Shown here in pieces: positions 32,764-41,855 of a DNA stretch of 64,000 bases. Location: contig OZ250183.1 in the NCBI GenBank assembly GCA_965238225.1, positions 992,001 through 1,056,000 on the forward strand. The letters run 5' to 3'. Position numbers and translations under genes: made by a program. Below the pieces are notes generated by a model that was not told the origin of the DNA, ran no database searches, and worked only from the letters and a program-made list of their open reading frames with translations. Numbering within the stretch: the stretch's first letter is position 1; every line of letters starts with the position of its first letter. The DNA comes from Gammaproteobacteria bacterium. GTDB lineage: Bacteria > Pseudomonadota > Gammaproteobacteria > Eutrophobiales > Eutrophobiaceae.

Positions 32764-33501
32764 CTAACAGTTATGAAAAGGCGGTTTGTTTTCGATATAG
32801 GCCATCCACATACAATCAAGCATAGCCCATAGAATATCCAGTTTAAATTGTAAAATATCCAGCATCTTTCTCTGTTCTTCTCTAGTCTTATAATAATCAA
32901 GTGTGATATCCAGCCCATGCTGTACATCACGTCTTGCTTCATTGAGTCGTTTGCGAAAATAGTTATAGCCTTTCTCATCAATCCATGGATAAACCTGCGG
33001 CCAGTTATCCAGTCTTTTTTGGTGAATTTTTGGTGCGAAAAGTTCAGTGAGTGATGAACTTGCCGCCTCTTGCCATGGGGCGTTACGTGCAAAATTTAGA
33101 TAGGCATCAACCGCAAAACGAACGCCGGGCAAAACATGTTCGCCAGAAAGTATTTCTTCGCGTGTTAGGCCGACTGCTTCGGCCAATTGCAGCCAAGCTT
33201 CAATGCCGCCATCTTCACCTTCTTCGCCATCATGATCAATAATCCTTTGTACCCATTGGCGCCTGATGGCTCTATCGGGACAGTTCGCCATAATCGCTGC
33301 ATCTTTAACGGGGATCGTCGTTTGATAATAAAAGCGATTAGCCACCCAGCCTTGTATGGCTCGTTTGTCCAGTTTTCCAGTATCCATTAAAATATGAAAT
33401 TCATGATAGATATGATAATACCTTTCTTTATCACGAATCTTTTGTTCAAATTTATCTCGCGTCCACGGTATTTGTTTGGGAATATTTTTTTTGGCACTCA
33501 T
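32764..33501 (-). CDS. pqqC: Pyrroloquinoline-quinone synthase
   Basis: [34 protein letters not shown]. Confidence 0.97.
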   Translation of the reverse strand: MSAKKNIPKQIPWTRDKFEQKIRDKERYYHIYHEFHILMDTGKLDKRAIQGWVANRFYYQTTIPVKDAAIMANCPDRAIRRQWVQRIIDHDGEEGEDGGIEAWLQLAEAVGLTREEILSGEHVLPGVRFAVDAYLNFARNAPWQEAASSSLTELFAPKIHQKRLDNWPQVYPWIDEKGYNYFRKRLNEARRDVQHGLDITLDYYKTREEQRKMLDILQFKLDILWAMLDCMWMAYIENKPPFHNC

Positions 33502-33520
33502 GTATTCATTCCCTCATGAT

Positions 33521-34435
33521 TCATATAATAATATCCATACCATCGTAGGCCACTTCAATTCCGACATCATTTAATGATTGTCGTTCTTCGGATTCTTCAT
33601 CAAGGATAGGGTTTGTATTATTGATATGTATTAGAATTTTTCTGGGTTTGGTAAGTGAACCCAATGTATCCTTAATTCCGCCTTTACTGGATTGATCAAG
33701 ATGTCCCATTTTGCTGGCCAGTTTATTACTGATGCCGTGTCTAGACATTTCATCATCAGTCCAAACTGTACCATCAATCAAGACAAGGTCGGCATCTTCC
33801 ATGTATCCATAAACATGCTTTTCTATCTCGCCTAGTCCTGGAGCATAGAAAAGATTTTTACCTGTAGAGGTATCTTCTATCTTAAAGCCAATGTTGTCAC
33901 CGGTAACAGGATTTCCTCGATGTGGAGAATAGGGCGGCGCCTCACTTTTTAAGGGTACAGCAGTAAAGATCAGCTTGTCTGCCTTGGGGATGGTGAATGA
34001 GGATTCATCTGTGTTGACTTCATGCCAGTTAACACCACGAAAATGCCCAAGAATATTGAAAATGGGATATCCTGTAGTCATATCTTCATGAACACTGGCA
34101 GTACAATAAACATCCCAGGGTTTATCGTGTTCCCTGAGAATGATAAGCCCCGTGGTGTGATCAATCTGACCATCACACAAAACAATAGAGCAAATACCCG
34201 TGTCTCTTACTTTGCGTGCTGGCTGTAGAGCAGGGAAAGATTCTATTTGCGCCCGAATGTCAGGCGATGCGTTAAATAAAACCCAATCTTCGTCATTACT
34301 GCTGACAGTGATGGAAGATTGAGTTCTGGGCGAACTTTTAATTTCACCGCTGCGAATACGGCTGCAATTATGACAATTACAATTCCATTGCGGAAAGCCG
34401 CCGCCAGCACCCGTACCCAATAAATGTATGTGCAT
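33521..34435 (-). CDS. pqqB: PQQ biosynthesis protein B
   Basis: LGTGAGGGFPQWNCNC..C, RTQSS, HINNTNP. Confidence 0.97.
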   Translation of the reverse strand: MHIHLLGTGAGGGFPQWNCNCHNCSRIRSGEIKSSPRTQSSITVSSNDEDWVLFNASPDIRAQIESFPALQPARKVRDTGICSIVLCDGQIDHTTGLIILREHDKPWDVYCTASVHEDMTTGYPIFNILGHFRGVNWHEVNTDESSFTIPKADKLIFTAVPLKSEAPPYSPHRGNPVTGDNIGFKIEDTSTGKNLFYAPGLGEIEKHVYGYMEDADLVLIDGTVWTDDEMSRHGISNKLASKMGHLDQSSKGGIKDTLGSLTKPRKILIHINNTNPILDEESEERQSLNDVGIEVAYDGMDIII

Positions 34436-34476
34436 AAGTATTTATTTTTTTATGATTAAGATCATTAAGCAGTGCG

Positions 34477-34492
34477 AGCGAATATCATGCCA
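34477..34492 (-). promoter_or_regulatory. Sigma54 -24/-12 promoter of pqqBCDE
   Basis: TGGCATGATATTCGCT (GG-N10-GC) about 40 bp upstream of pqqB; resembles the pqqA element. Confidence 0.62.
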
Positions 34493-34736
34493 TGTTACTT
34501 AAAGCAAAGTTTTATTATCGAATTATTTTAAATTTATATATAAAACAATAATATAGTAAATATATAGAATGTTAATTCTAGGAATATTGACACTTTTGAG
34601 CAAAAATGAATACTGAACTTGGACTGATACCCCCCCTGTTATTGGCTGAAATAAACCAATTAACAATCAGGCCAATGATAGCCATTTATCAATTGCAGTC
34701 ATTTGCAGGTAAAGTCCCAATGTATAAGGAAAAATC

Positions 34737-36290
34737 ATGAGCGAAACACAAGAACACATACTTTTTTTGACCGGAAAATTGGCCGAGAAACGATTGCATA
34801 GAATACTTGAGGATATGAATCCTACCGATTTTACTTATGAGGTTGAGAATATCGGCGTGAATGTTGCAGCATTAATGACAGCAAAAATGATAAAGCGCCG
34901 CCTAACCATGTTAGACAGTCCCGACAGAGTCATCGTTCCAGGTTTGTGCTGCGGAGATCTGCAAGCAATCGGTGAGTATTTTAAGGTGCCATTTATTCGC
35001 GGACCTGTTGATCTCAAAGATATGTCCATATTCTTTGGTCACGATTGTAAGGCTCCAGATTTAAGCGAGCATAATGTTTTGATTTTCGCTGAAATCGTTA
35101 ATGCAGCCAATATGACTGTAGAAGAAATCTTAACGCGCGCTGAAAAATATCGAAATGATGGTGCAAATGTTATTGATATTGGTTGTTTGCCAGACGCGCC
35201 ATTTCCTCATTTAGAAGAATGTATTGAGGTCTTGCATGACGCTGGTTTTAAAGTCAGCGTTGATTCATTACAAGACAGTGATCTCTTGCGCGCGGGCGCA
35301 CGGGGTGTAGATTATTTACTGAGTCTGAGCGAAGATACGCTCTGGATAACTGATGAAGTTTCTTCCATCCCTGTATTAATTCCTGATAAACATGGTGATA
35401 TGAACTCCATGTATCGCGTCATAGAAAAATTTGCTGAAAAAAACAGGCCTTTTTATGCAGACTGTATTCTTGATCCAATTCATTTTGGGTTTACAGAGTC
35501 TTTAATACGTTATCGTGATCTAAGGCAACAATGTCCTGATGTTGAGATTATGATGGGCGTAGGTAATTTAACTGAACTCACAGAGGCAGATACCACCGGG
35601 ATTAACGCAACTTTATTTGGAATAATTTCCGAATTGGGACTTAATGCAATTTTGGCAACAGAAGTGAGTCCACATGCACGCACCGCAGTAAGAGAGGCAG
35701 ACTTTGCAAGAAGGATGATGTATGCCGCCAAAAAAGAAGGCAGTTTGCCGAAAGACCTTGATGGATCATTATTAACGACACATGCCAGAAAACCGTTTCC
35801 TTACACAGAAGATGAGATTTATGAACTGGCTTCTGAAATAAAAGATCCCAGTTATCGCATACAGGTAAGTGAAACGGGCATTCATGTATATAATAGAGAT
35901 GGCATAATAGACGCTAAAAATCCATTTGCATTATTTTCGGAACTTAATTTAATACAAGAAGACGCACCTCATGCATTTTACATGGGCGTAGAGTTGGCAC
36001 GCGCACAAATTGCTTGGCAGTTAGGTAAACGCTATATGCAAGATGAGGAATTAACATGGGGTGTCGCTGTTCACCTTGATAGAATTTGTGATTTGGAAGA
36101 AACGTCAAAAGCAGCGCATGCTTTAAAGGAAGAAAATCAAAAGAAAAGTACAAGCAGCACAGAATATAAAACTTGCGGGACAACCTTACAAGCGCGCAAA
36201 AGCAATAAGACAATAAAAAGTCAGGCTAAGAAGAAAACCCAGAAGAAAATTAACACAAATATCGGGAAAAAATCCTCAACAAAAAAATAA
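34737..36290 (+). CDS. Dihydropteroate synthase-like protein (Orf20-type, tetrahydromethanopterin biosynthesis)
   Basis: ILFLTGKLAE, VAALMT, GPVDLKD, DPIHFGF, MGVGNLTELTEADTTG, HAFYMGVELARAQIAWQLGKRY.QDE. Confidence 0.82.
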   Translation: MSETQEHILFLTGKLAEKRLHRILEDMNPTDFTYEVENIGVNVAALMTAKMIKRRLTMLDSPDRVIVPGLCCGDLQAIGEYFKVPFIRGPVDLKDMSIFFGHDCKAPDLSEHNVLIFAEIVNAANMTVEEILTRAEKYRNDGANVIDIGCLPDAPFPHLEECIEVLHDAGFKVSVDSLQDSDLLRAGARGVDYLLSLSEDTLWITDEVSSIPVLIPDKHGDMNSMYRVIEKFAEKNRPFYADCILDPIHFGFTESLIRYRDLRQQCPDVEIMMGVGNLTELTEADTTGINATLFGIISELGLNAILATEVSPHARTAVREADFARRMMYAAKKEGSLPKDLDGSLLTTHARKPFPYTEDEIYELASEIKDPSYRIQVSETGIHVYNRDGIIDAKNPFALFSELNLIQEDAPHAFYMGVELARAQIAWQLGKRYMQDEELTWGVAVHLDRICDLEETSKAAHALKEENQKKSTSSTEYKTCGTTLQARKSNKTIKSQAKKKTQKKINTNIGKKSSTKK

Positions 36291-36300
36291 CACAATCATC

Positions 36301-36885
36301 ATGATAAATGAAACAATCGTGACAACATTAAACGAAGATGGATCAGTTCATATTGCGCCTATGGGGGTAAGGCGTGAAGATGATTTATTTGTTATAGCGC
36401 CATTTAAACCATCAGCAACCTTGGAAAATCTTGAGCGCAGCGGCGAGGCCGTTATTAATATGACAGATGATATGCGTATTTTCGCCGGTTGTCTTACGGG
36501 TCATTATGAATGGCCGACAATAGACACTGTAGTTATCAATGGAAAAAGATTGGAAGTCGCCTTGAGTCATGCTGAGATTAAAGTAATACGTCAAAAAGGC
36601 GATGACCTTCGTCCTCGGTTTTATTGTTCTGAAAGATACATACAGACGCATAGACCATTTATGGGCTTAAATCGTGCTAAAGCAGCAATACTGGAAGCGG
36701 CGGTTCTTGTCAGTCGGTTGCATATGCTCACCGCTGATAAAATTGATAATGAGCTTCAGTATTTGCAAATTGCCGTTGATAAAACTGCCAGTGAAGATGA
36801 TCTGGAGGCATGGAGTTGGCTCATGAATCATATTGAGATATTTAGAAAACAAAACCTAAATAAAAAACAAGGACGTTCAACATGA
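36301..36885 (+). CDS. DUF447 family protein (Orf19-type)
   Basis: ETIVTT..DG.VHIAPMG, PFKPS.TL.NL, NRA.AAILEAAVLVSRL; clustered with Orf20/Orf22. Confidence 0.8.
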   Translation: MINETIVTTLNEDGSVHIAPMGVRREDDLFVIAPFKPSATLENLERSGEAVINMTDDMRIFAGCLTGHYEWPTIDTVVINGKRLEVALSHAEIKVIRQKGDDLRPRFYCSERYIQTHRPFMGLNRAKAAILEAAVLVSRLHMLTADKIDNELQYLQIAVDKTASEDDLEAWSWLMNHIEIFRKQNLNKKQGRST

Positions 36886-37604
36886 CAGGCATGTTGGCCA
36901 GTATTTCGAATCTGGAAGAGGCGAAAATTGTACTACAGGAAAATGTCGATATTATTGATTTAAAAGACCCTCTGCAAGGTGCCTTGGGCGCAGTCACAAC
37001 TGCAACCGCACGGGAAGTTGTAGCGTTTGTCTCAGGTCGATGTTTTGTCAGCGCCACCATTGGCGATTTGCCTATGCAGGCAACAGCGATTAAGAAGGCT
37101 ATTGTCAGGATGGCATCAACAGGTGTTGATATCATAAAGGTCGGTGTATTTGATGCCTTGACCGACAAAGTGATTGCCACTTTAAAAGAACAAGCGATTA
37201 AAGGCGCAAAAGACACGAATGGCAAACAATTTACCATCGTTATGGTGTTTTTTGTTGATAAAGATTTAAACTTAAAGAAGATAATTGATTTGGCGAAGGT
37301 CGGAGTCAGGGGAGTTATGTTAGACACTGCTGAAAAAATGCAAGGAAATTTAAGAATGCATATGCAAGATAAAGAATTACGAGCCTTTGTAAAACAGGCA
37401 AAATCATATGGTTTGCTGGCAGGGCTTGCAGGTTCTTTAAAAGCTTGTGATATTGCGCCTTTGCTCAAAGTAGAGCCGGATTATCTTGGTTTTCGTGGCG
37501 CGCTGTGTCGGGATAATTTGCGCACTGAAACTTTGAACGTTGCTGCTGTTAGAAAAATTCGTTTTTTACTTTCAAAAGCGCAAAATAGCCGTCTACCTAT
37601 GTAA
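36882..37604 (+). CDS. mfnB: (5-formylfuran-3-yl)methyl phosphate synthase (MfnB/DUF556, Orf22-type; methanofuran biosynthesis)
   Basis: MLASI...EEA, DIIDLKDP..GALGA, SATIGD, MLDTA.K, GLAGSL, DYLGFRGALC. Confidence 0.82.
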   Translation: MTGMLASISNLEEAKIVLQENVDIIDLKDPLQGALGAVTTATAREVVAFVSGRCFVSATIGDLPMQATAIKKAIVRMASTGVDIIKVGVFDALTDKVIATLKEQAIKGAKDTNGKQFTIVMVFFVDKDLNLKKIIDLAKVGVRGVMLDTAEKMQGNLRMHMQDKELRAFVKQAKSYGLLAGLAGSLKACDIAPLLKVEPDYLGFRGALCRDNLRTETLNVAAVRKIRFLLSKAQNSRLPM

Positions 37605-37635
37605 AATTAGATTCATAATCAGGAGGTATTGCGAA

Positions 37636-38028
37636 ATGGCACAGTGGAGAAAAAAAGAAAAAGACGCAACTTACAGCGATGCAGAGATTAAATCACGTTT
37701 GGAAAAAGAATTGCCTGCATGGTATTACGAAGACGGATGGATCCGTAGGAAATATAATACCAGTGGTTGGAAGAGCACTTTAATGGTCATCAACACGGTG
37801 GGTCATTTATCAGAGGCAGCTTGGCATCATCCAGATATCGCAGCCTCTTATGCGTTTGTCATAGTGAAACTTATGAATCACGCTGCCAAAGGTGTCACCA
37901 ACAAAGATTTTGAGTTAGCAAAAAAAATTGAAGAAGTCATCATGTGGCAACCGGGTGCTGATGAAGATAATGCGCTTACGGGCACGCCGGATGATCCTAG
38001 ATTTAAATATATTAAATACAATAAATAA
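37636..38028 (+). CDS. Pterin-4a-carbinolamine dehydratase family protein
   Basis: EAAWHHPD, H..KGVTNKDFELAKKIE; AGGAGG SD at 37621 supports a start at 37636. Confidence 0.85.
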   Translation: MAQWRKKEKDATYSDAEIKSRLEKELPAWYYEDGWIRRKYNTSGWKSTLMVINTVGHLSEAAWHHPDIAASYAFVIVKLMNHAAKGVTNKDFELAKKIEEVIMWQPGADEDNALTGTPDDPRFKYIKYNK

Positions 38029-38029
38029 T

Positions 38030-38181
38030 ACGGCAGTGCCACACACAACTTGAAGTTTGGTGTCGGTGTTGAATATAAAGCCCAAACCGGCGCTTATGGT
38101 TCAGTAGGCTATGAGCGCACTGAGATCATAGACTCAGGGCACACCGACAGTTTTGACTTAGAGCTTGGTCTTGAGTTTTAG
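38030..38181 (+). pseudogene. Orphan 3' end (last ~50 codons) of an autotransporter beta-barrel gene
   Basis: Near-identical to the last ~150 bp of the genes ending at 41723 and 46784; reads GSATHNLKFGVGVEYKAQTG...SFDLELGLEF*; no start codon. Confidence 0.9.
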
Positions 38182-38237
38182 GCTTTAGAGTAATACCGCA
38201 TCTTTTAAGCATTAACATTCTTAACAACCAAGATGTT

Positions 38238-38246
38238 TGCTATAAT
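38238..38246 (+). promoter_or_regulatory. Extended -10 promoter of adhesin 1 (TATAAT box repeated upstream of adhesin 2)
   Basis: TGCTATAAT; the downstream leader, including a GAGGA SD, is duplicated at about 41790-41855. Confidence 0.45.
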
Positions 38247-38303
38247 CGCAAAGTCGTGCAGAACTCTTAAAGTCATCGACTACAGCCTATTTCGAGGAAT
38301 GTT

Positions 38304-41300
38304 ATGGTAATGTTGAACAGTAAGCCTATGCAGTTGATGAGTAGATTAATTATGAGTAAATTAATTATTGGTAAATTAAGCGCCAGCATAAACGATAGCC
38401 CAAGTAGTACGTTTGGTCTTGGCAGCACAATCAACTTAACAAAACGCTTGGCACTGGTCTTTTTTCTTGTAGGGCTTTTTGCACAGGCGGCACATGCTGT
38501 CACGGTGGATAAACTAACGACCAAGGATACCACACCAACAATCACCGGCACACTTGCGACAGGTGAAACACTAAACTCTGTAACGGTAAACGGTGTTGCT
38601 ACCAATACACCTGTTGTTGATACCAGCGGAACCCCAATCACATGGCTTGCGGAAGTAGATGTTCTTAATGTACTTAATGACGGCACTTACCAAGTCATTG
38701 CAACAGTCACTGATACAGGAGGCAGTGTACTAACAGACACCTCAACACTTACAGTAGACAACATAGCTTCTATTGCCACATTTACTTATTATATAAAATT
38801 GCCAGACGGCAGCAATAATTTTCTAGATACTACGCTAACTGCAGTAAAAGAAAACGATAGGGTTACCATCTTTGCCAACTTTGATAAAGACATAGCAGCT
38901 ACGCCTCCCATGAAAATCACAGGCACTGGTGTACATACTATCTCTGCTACCAACATGACAAGATTTGATGCAGATACCTATATCTATACTTGGACAGTAG
39001 GCACAGGTGATGGCATACAAACATTTACCTTAAGTAACGGCACAGACTTAGCAGGCAACGAAGTCACTCCCACACCGACCTCCGGTGCCGTAGTTAAAGT
39101 AGATAACACAACCCCTATTATTGTACTTACGATCGATAGCACATCACTTCTAACCAACAGCCAGAGACCTACAATCACAGGTAGGATCAGTGAGCTACTT
39201 GCTGATGGCATAGGAATTCCTTCAGTTGAGAGGCTTTCTGTAACAGTAGGCGGTACTCTTACCAGTGGAGCTGATTTTAGTAGAGGTGATGGTTTATGGA
39301 GAGCGAGAGTAAGCGCAGGCACTGCACTTCTCACTGATGGCACCTATGAAGTCGTTGCAATAGTTATTGATGCAGCAGGCAACACCAGTTCCACAGCAAC
39401 TGCTACCTTAACCGTAGACAGCACCGCACCAGTATTGGTATCCTATTCATTCGGAGATGGCAGGCAATATCTACCTAGCGAAACAGCAACAAATGTTGCC
39501 ACCAATGCCAATATTGTCTTGACCTTTGATGAGGCAGTCATGAAAGTGGCGGGTGGCGGTCTCACAATTCGATCAAGCGTATCAACAGCTACACCTACAG
39601 AAGAAATTATTCTCAGCGCAGACCCACGCATCACAGTGGCTGGCAATACAGTCACCATCAATCCAAGCATCAACTTTGCTGCGGGTGACAGTGTTGAATT
39701 AGCTAATATCGGAACAGTAGTCTCTGACCTTGCTGGCAATTCCGCCGGCGGCAGCATAATTGCCTTTCTTGCATCAGCCACAGCATCTACCCCCACCGAT
39801 CAAGACACAGTCTTTGCCAGCGCAGTCAGTGGCATGGCTAACGCAGCGATTACTGTTGTAGGTTCTGGCAATGCTGATGATAGCATCTGGTTTGCACCAC
39901 AATCTACGCAAAACTTTACAGAAAGCGTAACCATCACCCGTGCTGCGGGTAATGCTACTTCTATTTACGCCCCACAAGCCAGTGGCACTTATAGATTATT
40001 TGTACAAGACCGCGCTGGTAATGTTTCCAGCCCATCAAATGCTGTCTTGACTGTCACCGCTGATACCACCAGTCCGAGCTTAACTACCTACGCATTTGGT
40101 AGAGACAATACAAGCTATGCACTTACAGACAGTGCCACAGAGGTGCCAGCCAATGTTGATATTATCCTGAATTTCAGTGAGCGAGTCAGCGCCGGCACAG
40201 GTACCATCACCTTAACCCCTACAGGCGGCACCGCCATAGCACTTGATGTGACAGGCGCACAAGTCACAGCCAATGATACTGATGCTGTCACCATCAACCC
40301 GTCCAACAATCTTGATCTGAGTACAGAATACACAGTCAATATCCCAGCAGGCGCATTTGTAGACCGCGCAAGCCGTGATGCGACGCAAGCTACTTTTAGC
40401 TTTAGCGTATCAGCAACACCGCCCACCCCTGACCCTGCAACAGTTAAAGATGTTGTGTCTGGTGTTAACATGCAAGCTGATATAGCAGTCGACTGGACTA
40501 AGACCTCAGTAACCACCATTACCAACCGCATGAACTGGTTACGCCGCCACAAAGGCAGCAACAACCTGTCTCATCAAGGCATAACCTTAAACTTTGCACA
40601 TCCGACACTGGACGCACTCTTTAAGGCAGAATATAAGGCCAATAATCCCAAAGAAAATAGCCTTGTGAGCCAAGCACGCCTTGCCAACATGGCAAGAACA
40701 CTGGCCAATAATACCAAGCATAACGCCGACCACAGCACGTCTGTGTTTGCTGCGCTCAAACAAGAGCTTAGCGACCGTGCCGCCAATGAATTTGCCAAAC
40801 TGGCACACAATACTTTAGACAATACTTTAGGCCATCTGACTGCCCTAAACCCCTTAAGCGGTAACAGCATCAGTGATACTTGGGCAATCTGGACTGCCGG
40901 CAATATCACCCTAGGTGATTATGATGCAACCACCACCACATCTGCACAGGACAGCTTCTCACAAAACATCTCCTTAGGCGTAGACAGATATACAGCCAAT
41001 GACAAACAGCTTTTAGGTGTTGCCGTAAGCTTAGGCAGGGGTGATGTTGAGATTGGCAATAACGACACAACACTGAATTCAGATGCCATAAGCTTCGCGG
41101 TCTACACTGCCCTAGACTTGTACAAATACACTGTCTTTGAAGGTATGACTGCCATTGAAGGTATGATAGGTGTAGGCGGCATTACTGTAGATACAAAACG
41201 CCGTGGTGATGACAATATATTACTCACAGGCAGCCGTGACATAAGGCAAATATTTGCATCCTTGACCTTCAGAGGTAAATTCCAACAAAAGGATATAAAC

Positions 41301-41723
41301 CTCTCTCCCTATGGCAGGGTTAATGTGTCACACAGCAGGCTGGGAGACTTTGCTGAATCTGGTTCAGACTTTGCACTGACTTACAACAAACAAGATATAA
41401 ATAACCTGGTGCTGTACACAGGGCTTGATGTAGACTATCTCATTGAGCTTAATCAAGGCGCACTGAGACCCTTCGGTGTGGTTGAATACGGTGCTGATAT
41501 AAGTCCGAGCTCTGACGCTGTGCTTTATTACCTGAGCGACCCAACCAGACAAATATACACCCTGTCTACAGACGGCAGTGCCACACACAACTTGAAGTTT
41601 GGTATCGGTGTTGAATATAAAGCCCAAACCGGCGCTTATGGTTCAGTAGGCTATGAGCGCACTGAGATCATAGACTCAGGGCACACCGACAGTTTTGACT
41701 TAGAGCTTGGTCTTGAGTTTTAA
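38304..41723 (+). CDS. Ig-like-repeat surface protein with C-terminal autotransporter beta-barrel (adhesin 1)
   Basis: Extended signal peptide ending AAHA, Thr-rich Ig modules (TTPTITG, D.AGN, VD.TAP), barrel ending LGLEF. Confidence 0.85.
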   Translation: MVMLNSKPMQLMSRLIMSKLIIGKLSASINDSPSSTFGLGSTINLTKRLALVFFLVGLFAQAAHAVTVDKLTTKDTTPTITGTLATGETLNSVTVNGVATNTPVVDTSGTPITWLAEVDVLNVLNDGTYQVIATVTDTGGSVLTDTSTLTVDNIASIATFTYYIKLPDGSNNFLDTTLTAVKENDRVTIFANFDKDIAATPPMKITGTGVHTISATNMTRFDADTYIYTWTVGTGDGIQTFTLSNGTDLAGNEVTPTPTSGAVVKVDNTTPIIVLTIDSTSLLTNSQRPTITGRISELLADGIGIPSVERLSVTVGGTLTSGADFSRGDGLWRARVSAGTALLTDGTYEVVAIVIDAAGNTSSTATATLTVDSTAPVLVSYSFGDGRQYLPSETATNVATNANIVLTFDEAVMKVAGGGLTIRSSVSTATPTEEIILSADPRITVAGNTVTINPSINFAAGDSVELANIGTVVSDLAGNSAGGSIIAFLASATASTPTDQDTVFASAVSGMANAAITVVGSGNADDSIWFAPQSTQNFTESVTITRAAGNATSIYAPQASGTYRLFVQDRAGNVSSPSNAVLTVTADTTSPSLTTYAFGRDNTSYALTDSATEVPANVDIILNFSERVSAGTGTITLTPTGGTAIALDVTGAQVTANDTDAVTINPSNNLDLSTEYTVNIPAGAFVDRASRDATQATFSFSVSATPPTPDPATVKDVVSGVNMQADIAVDWTKTSVTTITNRMNWLRRHKGSNNLSHQGITLNFAHPTLDALFKAEYKANNPKENSLVSQARLANMARTLANNTKHNADHSTSVFAALKQELSDRAANEFAKLAHNTLDNTLGHLTALNPLSGNSISDTWAIWTAGNITLGDYDATTTTSAQDSFSQNISLGVDRYTANDKQLLGVAVSLGRGDVEIGNNDTTLNSDAISFAVYTALDLYKYTVFEGMTAIEGMIGVGGITVDTKRRGDDNILLTGSRDIRQIFASLTFRGKFQQKDINLSPYGRVNVSHSRLGDFAESGSDFALTYNKQDINNLVLYTGLDVDYLIELNQGALRPFGVVEYGADISPSSDAVLYYLSDPTRQIYTLSTDGSATHNLKFGIGVEYKAQTGAYGSVGYERTEIIDSGHTDSFDLELGLEF

Positions 41724-41855
41724 GCTTTAGTTTTTTAGTTTTTAATGTAATATTACATCTTTAGGTATTGTATTCTACAATAAGATGTTCGCTATAATCG
41801 CAAAGTCGTGCAGAACTCTTAAAGTCATCGACTACAGCCTATTTCGAGGAATGTT

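Noticed and set aside
37636-38181. Programmed stop-codon readthrough fusing the pterin dehydratase to the barrel tail
   Set aside because: In-frame juxtaposition has a one-in-three chance; TAA is rarely read through; a cytoplasmic enzyme without a signal peptide could not use a partial barrel
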